From: Candidatus Latescibacterota bacterium
GTDB lineage: Bacteria; JAAXHH01
Assembly (NCBI GenBank): GCA_022822725.1
Contig: JAJEAN010000007.1
Span: 562,382 to 626,381, forward strand
DNA length: 64,000 nucleotides
Direction of reading: 5' to 3'
Shown: positions 1-8,602 of the stretch, one piece after another
Layout of the letters: each line of letters begins with the position of its first letter
How positions within the stretch are numbered: the first letter of the stretch is position 1
The notes under the pieces: generated by a model
What the model was told of the DNA's origin: nothing
The model's input: only the letters and a program-made list of their open reading frames with translations
The model's database searches: none
Position numbers and translations under genes: made by a program

Positions 1-1
1 A

Positions 2-802
2 CCGGCGGTCCTCATCGCCACGGACCGCGCGGACGCCGTGGAGATGCTGGTGCACAGTGAGTACAACCACCTGGAGTATTACCGGTACCTCAACTGTGGA
101 TATCGCCTGCCGCTGGCGGGCGGGACGGATAAGATGTCCAGCGACGTGCCCGTGGGGATCTACCGGACCTACGCCTACATCCCGCCGGACGAACCATTTA
201 CCTACGACAACTGGTGCAAGGCGCTGCGCGGCGGGAACACCTTCCTGAGCGCCGGGCCCATCATCCGGTTCAAGGTGAACGGCCAGGCCATCGGCGACAC
301 GGTGAATCTGCCCGGGAACGGCGGGACGGTCGAGATAGAGGCGTCGGCGGATTCGACCCTGCCCATTCATACGTTGGAGATCGTGCAGCAGGGCAGGGTG
401 GTCGCTTCCGCGGAAGAACGCAAAGGCACCCGACGGCTGTCGCTCAGGACCACGTTGAAAATTGAAGGCCACACCTGGCTGGCGGCGCGGTGCGCGGGAC
501 CGAACTACACCAGCATTCAGCACCACGACGGCTGGCGCCGGGGCATCATGGCCCATACGTCGCCGGTTTACGTGGCCTGCGGCGGTCCCTACTGGCTGTT
601 CGACCTTGAGAACGCCCAGTACATGCTAAGCCTGATCGAAGGGGGCCTGTCCTACATCAAGCGCCGAAGCTGGCAACACAAGCCGGGCACGACCACCCAC
701 CATCATGGCGGCGACGACCACGAGGCCTTCCTCGAAGCTCCCTATGTGCAGGCCCGGGAAGCCATCCACCGGCGCATGCACGAGCTGAATATACCGCACT
801 GA
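2..802 (+). CDS. hypothetical protein, C-terminal fragment (5' end off-window); possibly C-terminal region of a PHP/CehA-McbA-like metallohydrolase
   Basis: Reading frame of ORF 38..802 stays open to the window start (PAVLIATDRADAVEM...). His-rich C-terminus. No family recognised with confidence. Confidence 0.4.
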   Translation, partial: PAVLIATDRADAVEMLVHSEYNHLEYYRYLNCGYRLPLAGGTDKMSSDVPVGIYRTYAYIPPDEPFTYDNWCKALRGGNTFLSAGPIIRFKVNGQAIGDTVNLPGNGGTVEIEASADSTLPIHTLEIVQQGRVVASAEERKGTRRLSLRTTLKIEGHTWLAARCAGPNYTSIQHHDGWRRGIMAHTSPVYVACGGPYWLFDLENAQYMLSLIEGGLSYIKRRSWQHKPGTTTHHHGGDDHEAFLEAPYVQAREAIHRRMHELNIPH

Positions 803-834
803 GCAATCCGTTCGAAAGAACCGGAGCGCACCCC

Positions 835-2415
835 ATGCAAGGACCCCGCGTCGACCGCGTCATTTTCTGGGTCGCACTGCCGCTGATCGCAGGCGTCTCG
901 GTACCGCTGGTGCTGTTCCCCGTCGAAGGAGAAGCCCTGCTGAGCGCGGCCTTCGGCTGGCTGACCCGGATCCTGGGATGGGCCTACCTCTGGTTCACGA
1001 TCGCCGCCTTCGCGCTACTGGTCTACTACGCCCTCGGCAAATACGGCAACGTGCGTTTCGGCGGGCCCGAAGCCAAGCCCGAGTTCTCCCTGATCAGCTG
1101 GATCGCCATGATCTTCTGCGCCGGGATCGGCGCCAGCGTCCTCTACTGGGGCACCATCGAGTGGGCGTATTACTACATGAATCCGCCGTTCGGACTCGAA
1201 CCCCGGTCCGCCGAGGCCACCGAGTGGGCGGCGACCTACGGACTGTTCCACTGGGGATTCACCGCGTGGGCGATCTACTGCATTCCCACGCTGCCCCTCG
1301 CCTACCTCTTCTGGAACCGGCGGCGGCCGGTGCTGCGCATGTCGGCGGCCTGCGAAGGCGTGATCGGCGCGCAGGCGGTACGGAGGCTTCCGGGCAAGTT
1401 CATCGACATGCTGTTCATGTTCGGCCTGCTTGGCGGGGTCGGGACGTCCATCGGTCTCAGCACGCCCATGATCTCGGCGGGACTGTCGGAGATGCTTGGC
1501 GTCGCCAGGGGTTTCTGGCTGGACGCCTCGGTGGTGATAACGCTTGGGGTGATCTTCGGTGTGAGCGTCTACACCGGGTTGCAGCGCGGTATTCGCGTGC
1601 TGAGCAGGTTCAACCTCTGGCTCACCATCGCGCTGCTCGCATTCGTCTTCCTGATGGGACCGACGCTATTCATCATAGACACGATTACCAACAGTATCGG
1701 CCTGCTGATGCAGAACTTCATCAAGATGAGCCTGTACCTGGATCCGATCGCGAAGTGGGAATCGCTGATTTCGGCAACGGGGGAAGGGAGTCCGGTCCCA
1801 CAGGCTACATTCCCGGAGCAGTGGACCGTGTTCTACTGGGCGTGGTGGATCGCCTTCGCGCCGTTCATGGGGCTGTTCGTCGCCCGCATCTCCCGGGGCC
1901 GTACGATCCGCGAACTGATCGGCGCCGAGATCATCGGCGGCGCGATGGGTTGCTGGATGTTCTTCGCGGTACTCGGCAACACGAGCCTGTTCCTGCAGCT
2001 GGAGGGCTCGCAGGATCTCACCGGCCTGGTCGCGCGCAACATGACGCCGGAGGCGATCATTGCCACGGTGGTCGCCGTGGGAGACCGGGTGATCCCCTTC
2101 GCCATACCGCTTCTGCTGGTGTTCGTGACGCTGGCGATCATCTTCGCCGCCACCACGCTGGACTCCGCGTCCTACATCCTGGCGTCGGTGGCCACCCGGG
2201 AACAGGCCGAAGTGCGGGAGCCTGCGCGTTGGCACCGCTGCTTCTGGGCGGTCGTGCTCAGTTCCGTGGCGCTGTCGCTGATGTTCGTGGGGGGAACGGA
2301 AAGCCTGCGGGCGGTCCAGTCGGCTTCCCTGATCGTCGCGCTTCCGCTCATCGCCGTGCTGGTCCTGATGACCCTGTCCTTCATCCGGTGGCTGAGACAG
2401 GATCACGGCTCCTGA
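835..2415 (+). CDS. BCCT family (betaine/carnitine/choline) transporter
   Basis: 526 aa polytopic membrane protein with typical BCCT N-terminal region (WxLxxxxGxxYLW, GxVRFG, aromatic-rich TM segments). Stop lies inside a 20-bp tandem duplication. Confidence 0.9.
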   Translation: MQGPRVDRVIFWVALPLIAGVSVPLVLFPVEGEALLSAAFGWLTRILGWAYLWFTIAAFALLVYYALGKYGNVRFGGPEAKPEFSLISWIAMIFCAGIGASVLYWGTIEWAYYYMNPPFGLEPRSAEATEWAATYGLFHWGFTAWAIYCIPTLPLAYLFWNRRRPVLRMSAACEGVIGAQAVRRLPGKFIDMLFMFGLLGGVGTSIGLSTPMISAGLSEMLGVARGFWLDASVVITLGVIFGVSVYTGLQRGIRVLSRFNLWLTIALLAFVFLMGPTLFIIDTITNSIGLLMQNFIKMSLYLDPIAKWESLISATGEGSPVPQATFPEQWTVFYWAWWIAFAPFMGLFVARISRGRTIRELIGAEIIGGAMGCWMFFAVLGNTSLFLQLEGSQDLTGLVARNMTPEAIIATVVAVGDRVIPFAIPLLLVFVTLAIIFAATTLDSASYILASVATREQAEVREPARWHRCFWAVVLSSVALSLMFVGGTESLRAVQSASLIVALPLIAVLVLMTLSFIRWLRQDHGS

Positions 2416-2436
2416 GACAGGATCACGGCTCCTGAG
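2392..2436. repeat. 20-bp tandem duplication (ctgagacaggatcacggctc x2.25) spanning the BCCT stop codon
   Basis: Direct reading: identical units at 2392-2411 and 2412-2431 plus partial third. Both ORFs 835..2415 and 978..2435 end with the same peptide RQDHGS because of it. Confidence 0.85.
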
Positions 2437-2463
2437 GCGACCTCTTTCCTACCTGCTGCCCGG

Positions 2464-2562
2464 CTACCCGCCTGCCAAACTGCCTACTGCCCGATTGCTA
2501 AACTGCCTTACTACCCGACTGCTAAACTGCCTTACTACCCGCCTGCCAAACTGCCCGACTAC
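2464..2562. repeat. degenerate ~24-bp tandem repeat array (~4 units, gctaaactgccttactacccgact-like) between convergent BCCT and TonB-receptor genes
   Basis: Read directly: ccgattgctaaactgccttactac / ccgactgctaaactgccttactac / ccgcctgccaaactgcccgactac, etc. Confidence 0.8.
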
Positions 2563-5528
2563 CTGAAACTGTACGACACGCCCAGCTTGATCCGACGGCC
2601 CTTGGGATCATGGGTCAGCGCGTCGAAGGCCAGTTCCTGGTTCACATACGGCGGCGGCGCGTCGGCCAGGTTGAACAGCGACAGCGTTGCGACCACGCCG
2701 GTATCGGGAATCCGCCACTGGAAATTCATGTCGAAGGTCAGGAACGGGTCGATCTGTGTCCAGTCTTCTCCCGAAGGCCCCGTGGCGAACCAGTAGTCAC
2801 CGTTCTCGTACGACGAAATGTAGTGACCCCTGGCGATGGCGCTGTAGTCGCTCCAGTGGTATCCGACGGTCGCGTTCATGCGCAGCGGAGGTAGCGGCGG
2901 CGCCAGGGGGTTCGTCGCGTTGAGGAATCCCACGGCTTCGTTCTCGGCGACGAGTTCCACGCCGTTGTGCATGAGCGCTTCGATGGTATAGTCCAGCGTG
3001 TAGCTGCCGTCCAGGTGGGCGTCTATCGCGCCGTTGCCCCACAACTGCCGCGCTCCGATGTGCCAGTCGATCCCCGAGGTCTTGAGACCGGGCCAGTTGA
3101 TGTGGTTGATCCGGATACGTTCCATGTCGGCCGGGGCGCAGCTCCCATCGTTCCGGTTTCCGGGACAGTAGATGCGGTCCTGCACCGCTGCGCGGGTCGA
3201 CGGGTTCACGTAGGCGGCAGCCAGCGCCGCGTCGGGAAGGACGCCGATGGGATTGTTGAAATCGAAATTCCAGTAGTCGACCGTCATCTCGAAACCGGTG
3301 TCGTTCTCGATGATCACGCCCAGGTTATAGGTAAGCGCTTCCTCCGGCTCGAGATCTTCAACGCCCCTGTTCTCGATGGCCTTCCAGGCATCGGTCGGTC
3401 CCACGTAGGCCGTGTAGATGACGACGTCCGTGTTGAGATCGTCCACCGAAGGCGTCCGGAAGGTGGTCTGAACCGTGCCACGCAGGGCCAGGAAGTCGTT
3501 GACCTGCGCCCTCATCGAGATCTTCGGATCCAGGCTGTTCGCGAAACCGTAGTCCTCGAAATGCAACGCGGCCTGGCTGTCAAGCCAGGCCATGGGTTTG
3601 AGCGCCAGCTCGGCGAACACGGCGTGGGTCGTCTGATTGGCTTCGTAAGGATGGATCCCGGACGTGAAGGTAAAGGATCCGGTCTGGATCGCGCAGCTTT
3701 TGTCTCCCGGTATGCGGCAGGGATTGATGGAGAGGTCCCCGGGCGCGTTGGGCAGGGCGGAGACATCGACGCGGCGCAGTTGGTAACCCGTGGCGTAGCT
3801 GGCGACGCCTTCCCTGATCACGCCGTTCAGAATGGTTTCCATCGACAACAGGCTGGCCTCGCTGGTCGTGACGACCTTTTCGTTGATCCAGTCGATCAAA
3901 TCGGGGCTGTGGGCCAGTTCGGAGCGGTAGTTCGGGTTCGGACTGTCCGTCCAGGGGGCGTCCGGCTGCGCGGAATACTGGATGCCGTTGCTGAAGGGAT
4001 TGAAGTACGAGCAGTACCCCGTTCCCGGCACGACACCGCCAGGGATGGTCCCGAGGGCAAGACCCGAAGGCGCACTCGGGTCCGGTACGACCGGGACGCC
4101 GCAATTCGGACCGCCGTACCCGCGGAACGCCAGAAACTTACGGTAGGCATATTCCGCCGGTTGACGTACCGTGCCCTTCGTATCGGAATAAGAGATGCCC
4201 AGGTCATAACTCAGGCTGGACTCGCCGATCGGACCTGTGAGGGAGCCGGCCAGGCGGCGGGTGCGGGACTCCCTGCCCTGGATGCGCCCGGGACCGGCGT
4301 TGCCGACCAGGCGTCCGAAGAAGTACCAGGGCTCGTCGCCGGTAAGGTCCAGCGTTACGCCGTCTGCGTTCGTGTACGTCGGGTTCTGCTCGACGAAGGC
4401 GACCCGGCCAGGATGGTAGACGGGCACCTGCTGTACACCGTCATAGAAGGCGATCGGGGGAAAAGAAGGGGTGGTCTCCCAGTCAGGTACGCGGGCATCG
4501 TGGTAGAGCGCTTCCAGGTGGTAGTTCGCTTCGCCGAACGAGCCGTTCAACTCCGCGAAACCCCTGGTATGCTGGAGTTCCTCGATGATGCTGTCCCAGG
4601 GCTGGTAACGGAAGCGGCACGTGCTGGCGCCCACCTGGTATCCGCCCAGTCCCGAACACCCCGGATCGACGAATCTCGGCTCGCCCGCGAGGATGCTCTC
4701 ATCGGTCACCAGACTATTTCTCGGTATGATGAATGCGCCCGGATTCCCGTACCAGGACCAGCCCCATCCGTAGTTCGGAAAAGGGCGCAGCGCCCAGTCC
4801 CGCTCCTCGGCACGCAGATTCCGGCGGCGCTTGTGTTCCAGGGATATCACCAGGTTTGAATCGCCGACTTTGCCGCCCCAGATCCCACCCAACTGGGCGT
4901 CTCCGGCGGAGTCGAAATAGTCATAGGACACATCCAGCTCGAAACCTTCAAAATTGCTTCTTGTAATGAAGTTGGCGACGCCCGCGATCGCATCCGATCC
5001 ATACACGGCCCCCGCGCCTTCCTTGAGGATATCCATCCGTTCGATGGATATGGACGGAAAGGCGTTCACGTCGACGAACCGGCCCCCCACGAGCCTGCCG
5101 GGCACGTAGGTCTGCCGCCGGCCGTTGAGCAACACCAGGCTTCGCGAGGCGCCGAGGCCGCGGAGGTTGATGTTCGCCACGGTTTCCGGGATGTCTCCCG
5201 ACTGCGCGTTGTACCAGCTGTTGGCTTCGCCGATGACGCCGCTGCTCGCACTCAGGTTCTTGAACAGGTCGACCATGGACGGCGACCCCTGTTCGGCCAG
5301 CGTGGCACGGTCGATGCGTGCGACGGCATAGGGAAGTTCGATCGGGGATTCCCGGACCGCCGTTCCGGTAACGACAATCGCTTCGGCTTCCAGCACGGGC
5401 AGCAGGGAGAGGGAATCCACCGCCGCGTCTTCCTGTTGGTCGGCAAGCGCGGCGGAGCCTGGCATTCCGGCCATGCTGAGCCAGCCGATCACCATTAAGG
5501 CAAACGAACGCCTGTTCGATGTGTACAT
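2559..5528 (-). CDS. TonB-dependent outer-membrane receptor
   Basis: 989 aa. N-terminal signal peptide, plug-like region (TonB-box-like stretch, RIDRATLAEQGSPSMVDLFKNL), long Gly/Tyr/Asn-rich beta-barrel, C-terminal aromatic residue near the end (YSFR). Confidence 0.85.
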   Translation of the reverse strand: MYTSNRRSFALMVIGWLSMAGMPGSAALADQQEDAAVDSLSLLPVLEAEAIVVTGTAVRESPIELPYAVARIDRATLAEQGSPSMVDLFKNLSASSGVIGEANSWYNAQSGDIPETVANINLRGLGASRSLVLLNGRRQTYVPGRLVGGRFVDVNAFPSISIERMDILKEGAGAVYGSDAIAGVANFITRSNFEGFELDVSYDYFDSAGDAQLGGIWGGKVGDSNLVISLEHKRRRNLRAEERDWALRPFPNYGWGWSWYGNPGAFIIPRNSLVTDESILAGEPRFVDPGCSGLGGYQVGASTCRFRYQPWDSIIEELQHTRGFAELNGSFGEANYHLEALYHDARVPDWETTPSFPPIAFYDGVQQVPVYHPGRVAFVEQNPTYTNADGVTLDLTGDEPWYFFGRLVGNAGPGRIQGRESRTRRLAGSLTGPIGESSLSYDLGISYSDTKGTVRQPAEYAYRKFLAFRGYGGPNCGVPVVPDPSAPSGLALGTIPGGVVPGTGYCSYFNPFSNGIQYSAQPDAPWTDSPNPNYRSELAHSPDLIDWINEKVVTTSEASLLSMETILNGVIREGVASYATGYQLRRVDVSALPNAPGDLSINPCRIPGDKSCAIQTGSFTFTSGIHPYEANQTTHAVFAELALKPMAWLDSQAALHFEDYGFANSLDPKISMRAQVNDFLALRGTVQTTFRTPSVDDLNTDVVIYTAYVGPTDAWKAIENRGVEDLEPEEALTYNLGVIIENDTGFEMTVDYWNFDFNNPIGVLPDAALAAAYVNPSTRAAVQDRIYCPGNRNDGSCAPADMERIRINHINWPGLKTSGIDWHIGARQLWGNGAIDAHLDGSYTLDYTIEALMHNGVELVAENEAVGFLNATNPLAPPLPPLRMNATVGYHWSDYSAIARGHYISSYENGDYWFATGPSGEDWTQIDPFLTFDMNFQWRIPDTGVVATLSLFNLADAPPPYVNQELAFDALTHDPKGRRIKLGVSYSFR

Positions 5529-5596
5529 GAAGGCCGCCTTTGGCTATGAGTTTCTTATGATTTTATTGAATTGCGAAATAAAGGAGTTCGAACAGA

Positions 5597-5624
5597 AATA
5601 TACGTAAAAACCCCATTATGTCAA
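5597..5624 (-). promoter_or_regulatory. predicted sigma70-type promoter for the TonB-dependent receptor (TTGACA-N16-TATATT on minus strand)
   Basis: Minus-strand TTGACA at 5619-5624 and TATATT at 5597-5602 with 16-nt spacer, in a 170-bp AT-rich leader ~70 nt upstream of the ATG at 5528. AAAGG RBS 9 nt before start. Confidence 0.4.
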
Positions 5625-5701
5625 GGGAATTAAGGGTTTATGCTTGCGTAAAGAAATATCACATTACACGGAGTAATTGCGTTAACCGGTACGGGGTTCG
5701 G

Positions 5702-6598
5702 TCAACCTCGCCTTCTCAGATGCAGGCACCAGAACAGGGGCGGCAGGGCGTACACGTCGCCGCGTCCCGCCACGTACCGCTGCTGCTGGTCGGCCGGCGA
5801 ATCGTTGCGGACGACGTCCCATCGGCCAACGGTGTTGAAATCGGTTTCCACCGTGGCCGGGTCGAAAGAGGTGATCATGGGTTCCCCCAGCTTGCCTACA
5901 TAGTTTTTCATGCCCTGGGCCAGGGAACGTTCGTCCTCCGGAATGCTGTTCGTCTCGGCGAGATAGTCGAAGACGATCTCCGAACCGGGGCAGGTTATCC
6001 CGGCCACTTGATCCAGCGTGTCCTGAATCGCCTCCCGGGACAGGTAGTACGTCACGCCCAGCCAGTTGAAGAAGGACCTTTTTTCCGGGTCGAATCCATG
6101 GGCGGTCAGCCGGTCCGCGAGGTCGTCTTTTTCGAAGTCGATGGGAATCAGCCGCAGACTGTCCGGCAACGCCAACCCGGCGGCCCCGGCCCGTTCCCGT
6201 TTCAGGGCGATCGTGGATGCGAGATCGATTTCGAAGATGGTCACGTCGAGACCGGGATGACGCAGGGCGAACGTATCGTAGCCGGAACCGAGTATGACGT
6301 ACTGGCCCACCCCGTCTTCGATCGCCGCCAGCAGGCAGTCTTCGGTGAAGCGGGCGCGGGTCAGCGGCTGGGTGGTGATCGGCATGAGCCTTCGCAGCAC
6401 GATGCCGGAGACGAAGGCGTCGATCAACCTGTAACCGAGGATCCGTTGCCACCGTTTGCTCAGAAACTGGAATGCGTAGGGATCGTGGAAGATATAGGGC
6501 GGGTTGTGCCGGAGGAGGTGCCGGGCGCGACTTACCGCCACGAGTTCGGCGGTCCGGCTTCCGTGGGTCTGGACCTGGCCGGGGTGCTGATCAGCCAT
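5702..6598 (-). CDS. class I SAM-dependent methyltransferase (Ppm1/LCMT/TcmP-like O-methyltransferase family)
   Basis: 298 aa. N-terminal motif HHLLRHNPPYIFHDPYAFQFL, VILGSGYDT SAM-binding motif, similar to mycobacterial putative S-adenosyl-L-methionine-dependent methyltransferases. Confidence 0.75.
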   Translation of the reverse strand: MADQHPGQVQTHGSRTAELVAVSRARHLLRHNPPYIFHDPYAFQFLSKRWQRILGYRLIDAFVSGIVLRRLMPITTQPLTRARFTEDCLLAAIEDGVGQYVILGSGYDTFALRHPGLDVTIFEIDLASTIALKRERAGAAGLALPDSLRLIPIDFEKDDLADRLTAHGFDPEKRSFFNWLGVTYYLSREAIQDTLDQVAGITCPGSEIVFDYLAETNSIPEDERSLAQGMKNYVGKLGEPMITSFDPATVETDFNTVGRWDVVRNDSPADQQQRYVAGRGDVYALPPLFWCLHLRRRG

Positions 6599-6620
6599 GT
6601 TTGATATCAGTCCACCCGTT

Positions 6621-6962
6621 TCAGGTTCCGAAGGCCTCGATGGCGCCTTCCAGCGTATCGTGGACGGCGAAAACAGTCGTCAGCTTGGTCATCTGCAGGA
6701 GGCTGCTGACGCTGCGGGTCACGCGGGCGAGCTTCAGATCACCGCCGACCTTCTGCATGCGGGTATAGGCGCGAATGAGCAGCCCCAGCCCCGAACTGTC
6801 GATCCAGTATACTTTGCTCAGATCGAAGATGATCTTCCTTGAACCCTGGTCGGCCAGCCGGTTGATGCGTTCGCTAAGGGCGTCGGTGTCCCTTCCCTCG
6901 GCCATGCGGCCGCTCAGTTCCAGCACCGTGACGTCCCCGTGTTTGATTTCTCTGACTTTCAC
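6621..6962 (-). CDS. STAS-domain anti-sigma-factor antagonist (SpoIIAA-like)
   Basis: 113 aa. VTVLELSGRM...DLSKVYWIDSSGLGLL is the canonical STAS/anti-anti-sigma signature. Confidence 0.75.
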   Translation of the reverse strand: MKVREIKHGDVTVLELSGRMAEGRDTDALSERINRLADQGSRKIIFDLSKVYWIDSSGLGLLIRAYTRMQKVGGDLKLARVTRSVSSLLQMTKLTTVFAVHDTLEGAIEAFGT

Positions 6963-7171
6963 AAAATCCTGCCTCTCTCAAGCGGAACCATCTACACAAT
7001 GCGCTGGCGCTATCGCATGCGAAACAAACGGCTTCAGGAATGATATACCTGTGTATGGCGGGGTACTGACGCTGATAGGGCGATTCGCAGGCCAGGACCG
7101 GAAAGCCGACCGACCGCGGATGCGCTTCCTTCCGCCGGATGCCATCCCTGGGAATGAATCCGGACTTTGTC

Positions 7172-7200
7172 TTGCTGAAATTCGACTTGAAAAATATACT
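7172..7200 (+). promoter_or_regulatory. predicted sigma70-like promoter (TTGCTG-N17-TATACT) upstream of the RibD-C family gene
   Basis: Direct reading; ~110 bp upstream of ATG 7311, in a divergent intergenic region. Confidence 0.3.
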
Positions 7201-7310
7201 GAGATTGTTTAACTGTCAAGACGATTTTCCTGTTGCTTCCGATTAACCTTACGCCGGTCGGAACACCGATCGAAACACCGACCGAAACGTCGACCGAAGC
7301 GCCGAAAATA

Positions 7311-8003
7311 ATGTCAGTCAGACGACCTTACATCCTGCTGAATTACGCCTTGAGCCTGGATGGTAAGCTATCCACGGAGCAACGCGATCCGGTTCGATTC
7401 ACCAGCAGAATCGATCGCGGGTTGATGGACGAGATCAGGGCGGACGCCGATGCCGTGCTCATCGGCGCCGGTACGCTCCGCGCGGAGGACCCGCCGGTAA
7501 GGATCAAGGCGGTCCGGCGGCGGAATGAACGCATGCGCAAAGACAAATCGCCCCATCCCGTCTCGGTGATCCTGTCACGGTCCATGCGACTTCCGCGCAC
7601 AGGAAGGTTCTGGGAAGACGACCAGGTCGAACGGATCATTGCGACGACGCAGCAGGCGAAGGACGAACAGGTCCGGCCCTTTCGGGATCTGGCCGAAGTG
7701 GTCCGGGCGGGCCAGACCACCGTGGATCTCCACGAATTCTGCCGGATGCTGGCCGACCGCGGCATAGGCCGGTTACTCGTCGAAGGCGGTGGCGAAGTCA
7801 ACATGGCCTTCTGGGAGGCCGGCCTGGTGGACGAGGTGTACATGACGCTCTGTCCAGTCGTGATCGGCGGAAGGAACGCTCCGACGGCGGCGGACGGCAG
7901 GGGCTTCGCCATCGACAGATTCCGCACGCTCAGACTGATAGAGTCCAGGCGGGTCGGTCAGGAGTTGTTCCTGAGATACCGGGCAGTGCGGTCGAAACCT
8001 TAG
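7311..8003 (+). CDS. RibD C-terminal domain / dihydrofolate-reductase-like reductase family protein
   Basis: ORF-track start 7233 is extended through a tandem-repeat-encoded low-complexity stretch. Internal ATG at 7311 gives MSVRRPYILLNYALSLDGKL, the typical N-terminus of this family; also GAGTL and EGGGEV motifs. Confidence 0.7.
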   Translation: MSVRRPYILLNYALSLDGKLSTEQRDPVRFTSRIDRGLMDEIRADADAVLIGAGTLRAEDPPVRIKAVRRRNERMRKDKSPHPVSVILSRSMRLPRTGRFWEDDQVERIIATTQQAKDEQVRPFRDLAEVVRAGQTTVDLHEFCRMLADRGIGRLLVEGGGEVNMAFWEAGLVDEVYMTLCPVVIGGRNAPTAADGRGFAIDRFRTLRLIESRRVGQELFLRYRAVRSKP

Positions 8004-8029
8004 CCCCGCAAGATTTCCGGCCGGTAAAA

Positions 8030-8497
8030 TCACCTGAGGGCGTGGACCTTGATCCGGACGGACCCGTCCTGCACGGTCAAGGTGGACTCGGCCAGGTTCA
8101 GCGGGACGTTGACGGGACTGCCCTCGGCGCTTTCGGGTTCCAGCGTCACGTCCAGCCTCGAAGGTTTGAGTCCTTCCCAGGTCCCCCAGTAAATGTCGAC
8201 GAAGAGGCCGATGCCGAGGGTGAGCAGGATGTCCGCGATGATTACCGACGGCAGCTTGACCTTCTGCAGGACGATCCACTTCGTCTCGTAGCCGGGTTTG
8301 GAGATCTCCACCAGGTGGGATTCGTTCCGGGGAAGTTCGATGGTGAACGGATTCGAGTCCCGGTCGATGCGGTCCGGAATCTTGATCCGGGCGTCCGCGG
8401 GGGTCACGTTGATCTCCACTTTCTGGGTGTCGCCGAGAAACACCCGTCCACAGCCAGCGGTGGAAATGAGCAAAAAACACATCGTCAAGCGCCGCAT
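8030..8497 (-). CDS. lipoprotein, possible PEGA-domain protein
   Basis: Signal peptide with lipobox (LLISTAGC); PGYETKW motif resembles PEGA domain. Confidence 0.5.
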   Translation of the reverse strand: MRRLTMCFLLISTAGCGRVFLGDTQKVEINVTPADARIKIPDRIDRDSNPFTIELPRNESHLVEISKPGYETKWIVLQKVKLPSVIIADILLTLGIGLFVDIYWGTWEGLKPSRLDVTLEPESAEGSPVNVPLNLAESTLTVQDGSVRIKVHALR

Positions 8498-8602
8498 CGA
8501 TTCCTCCGGTTAATCCAGGTCTGTAATGCCTGCCAACGACTCGTGTTGATTTAACGTCCTCTCGGCAACTAAGTTTCAATATCGACTGATTGTCCTCGGC
8601 GA

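Noticed and set aside
978-2435. Long antisense or alternative-frame ORFs overlapping confidently called genes (e.g. 978..2435, 2967..4859, 8627..10810, 30378..32051, 44619..46757, 37589..39481)
   Set aside because: Typical high-GC artefacts: low-complexity Arg/Gly/Pro-rich translations, no recognisable domains, and each fully overlaps a gene with strong family signatures on the other strand or frame.
7233-7310. ORF-track N-terminal extension of the RibD-C family gene (MLPINLTPVGTPIETPTETSTEAPKI)
   Set aside because: Encoded by a 12-bp tandem repeat (caccgaccgaaa-like) and absent from the family's conserved N-terminus. The internal ATG 7311 is the better start.
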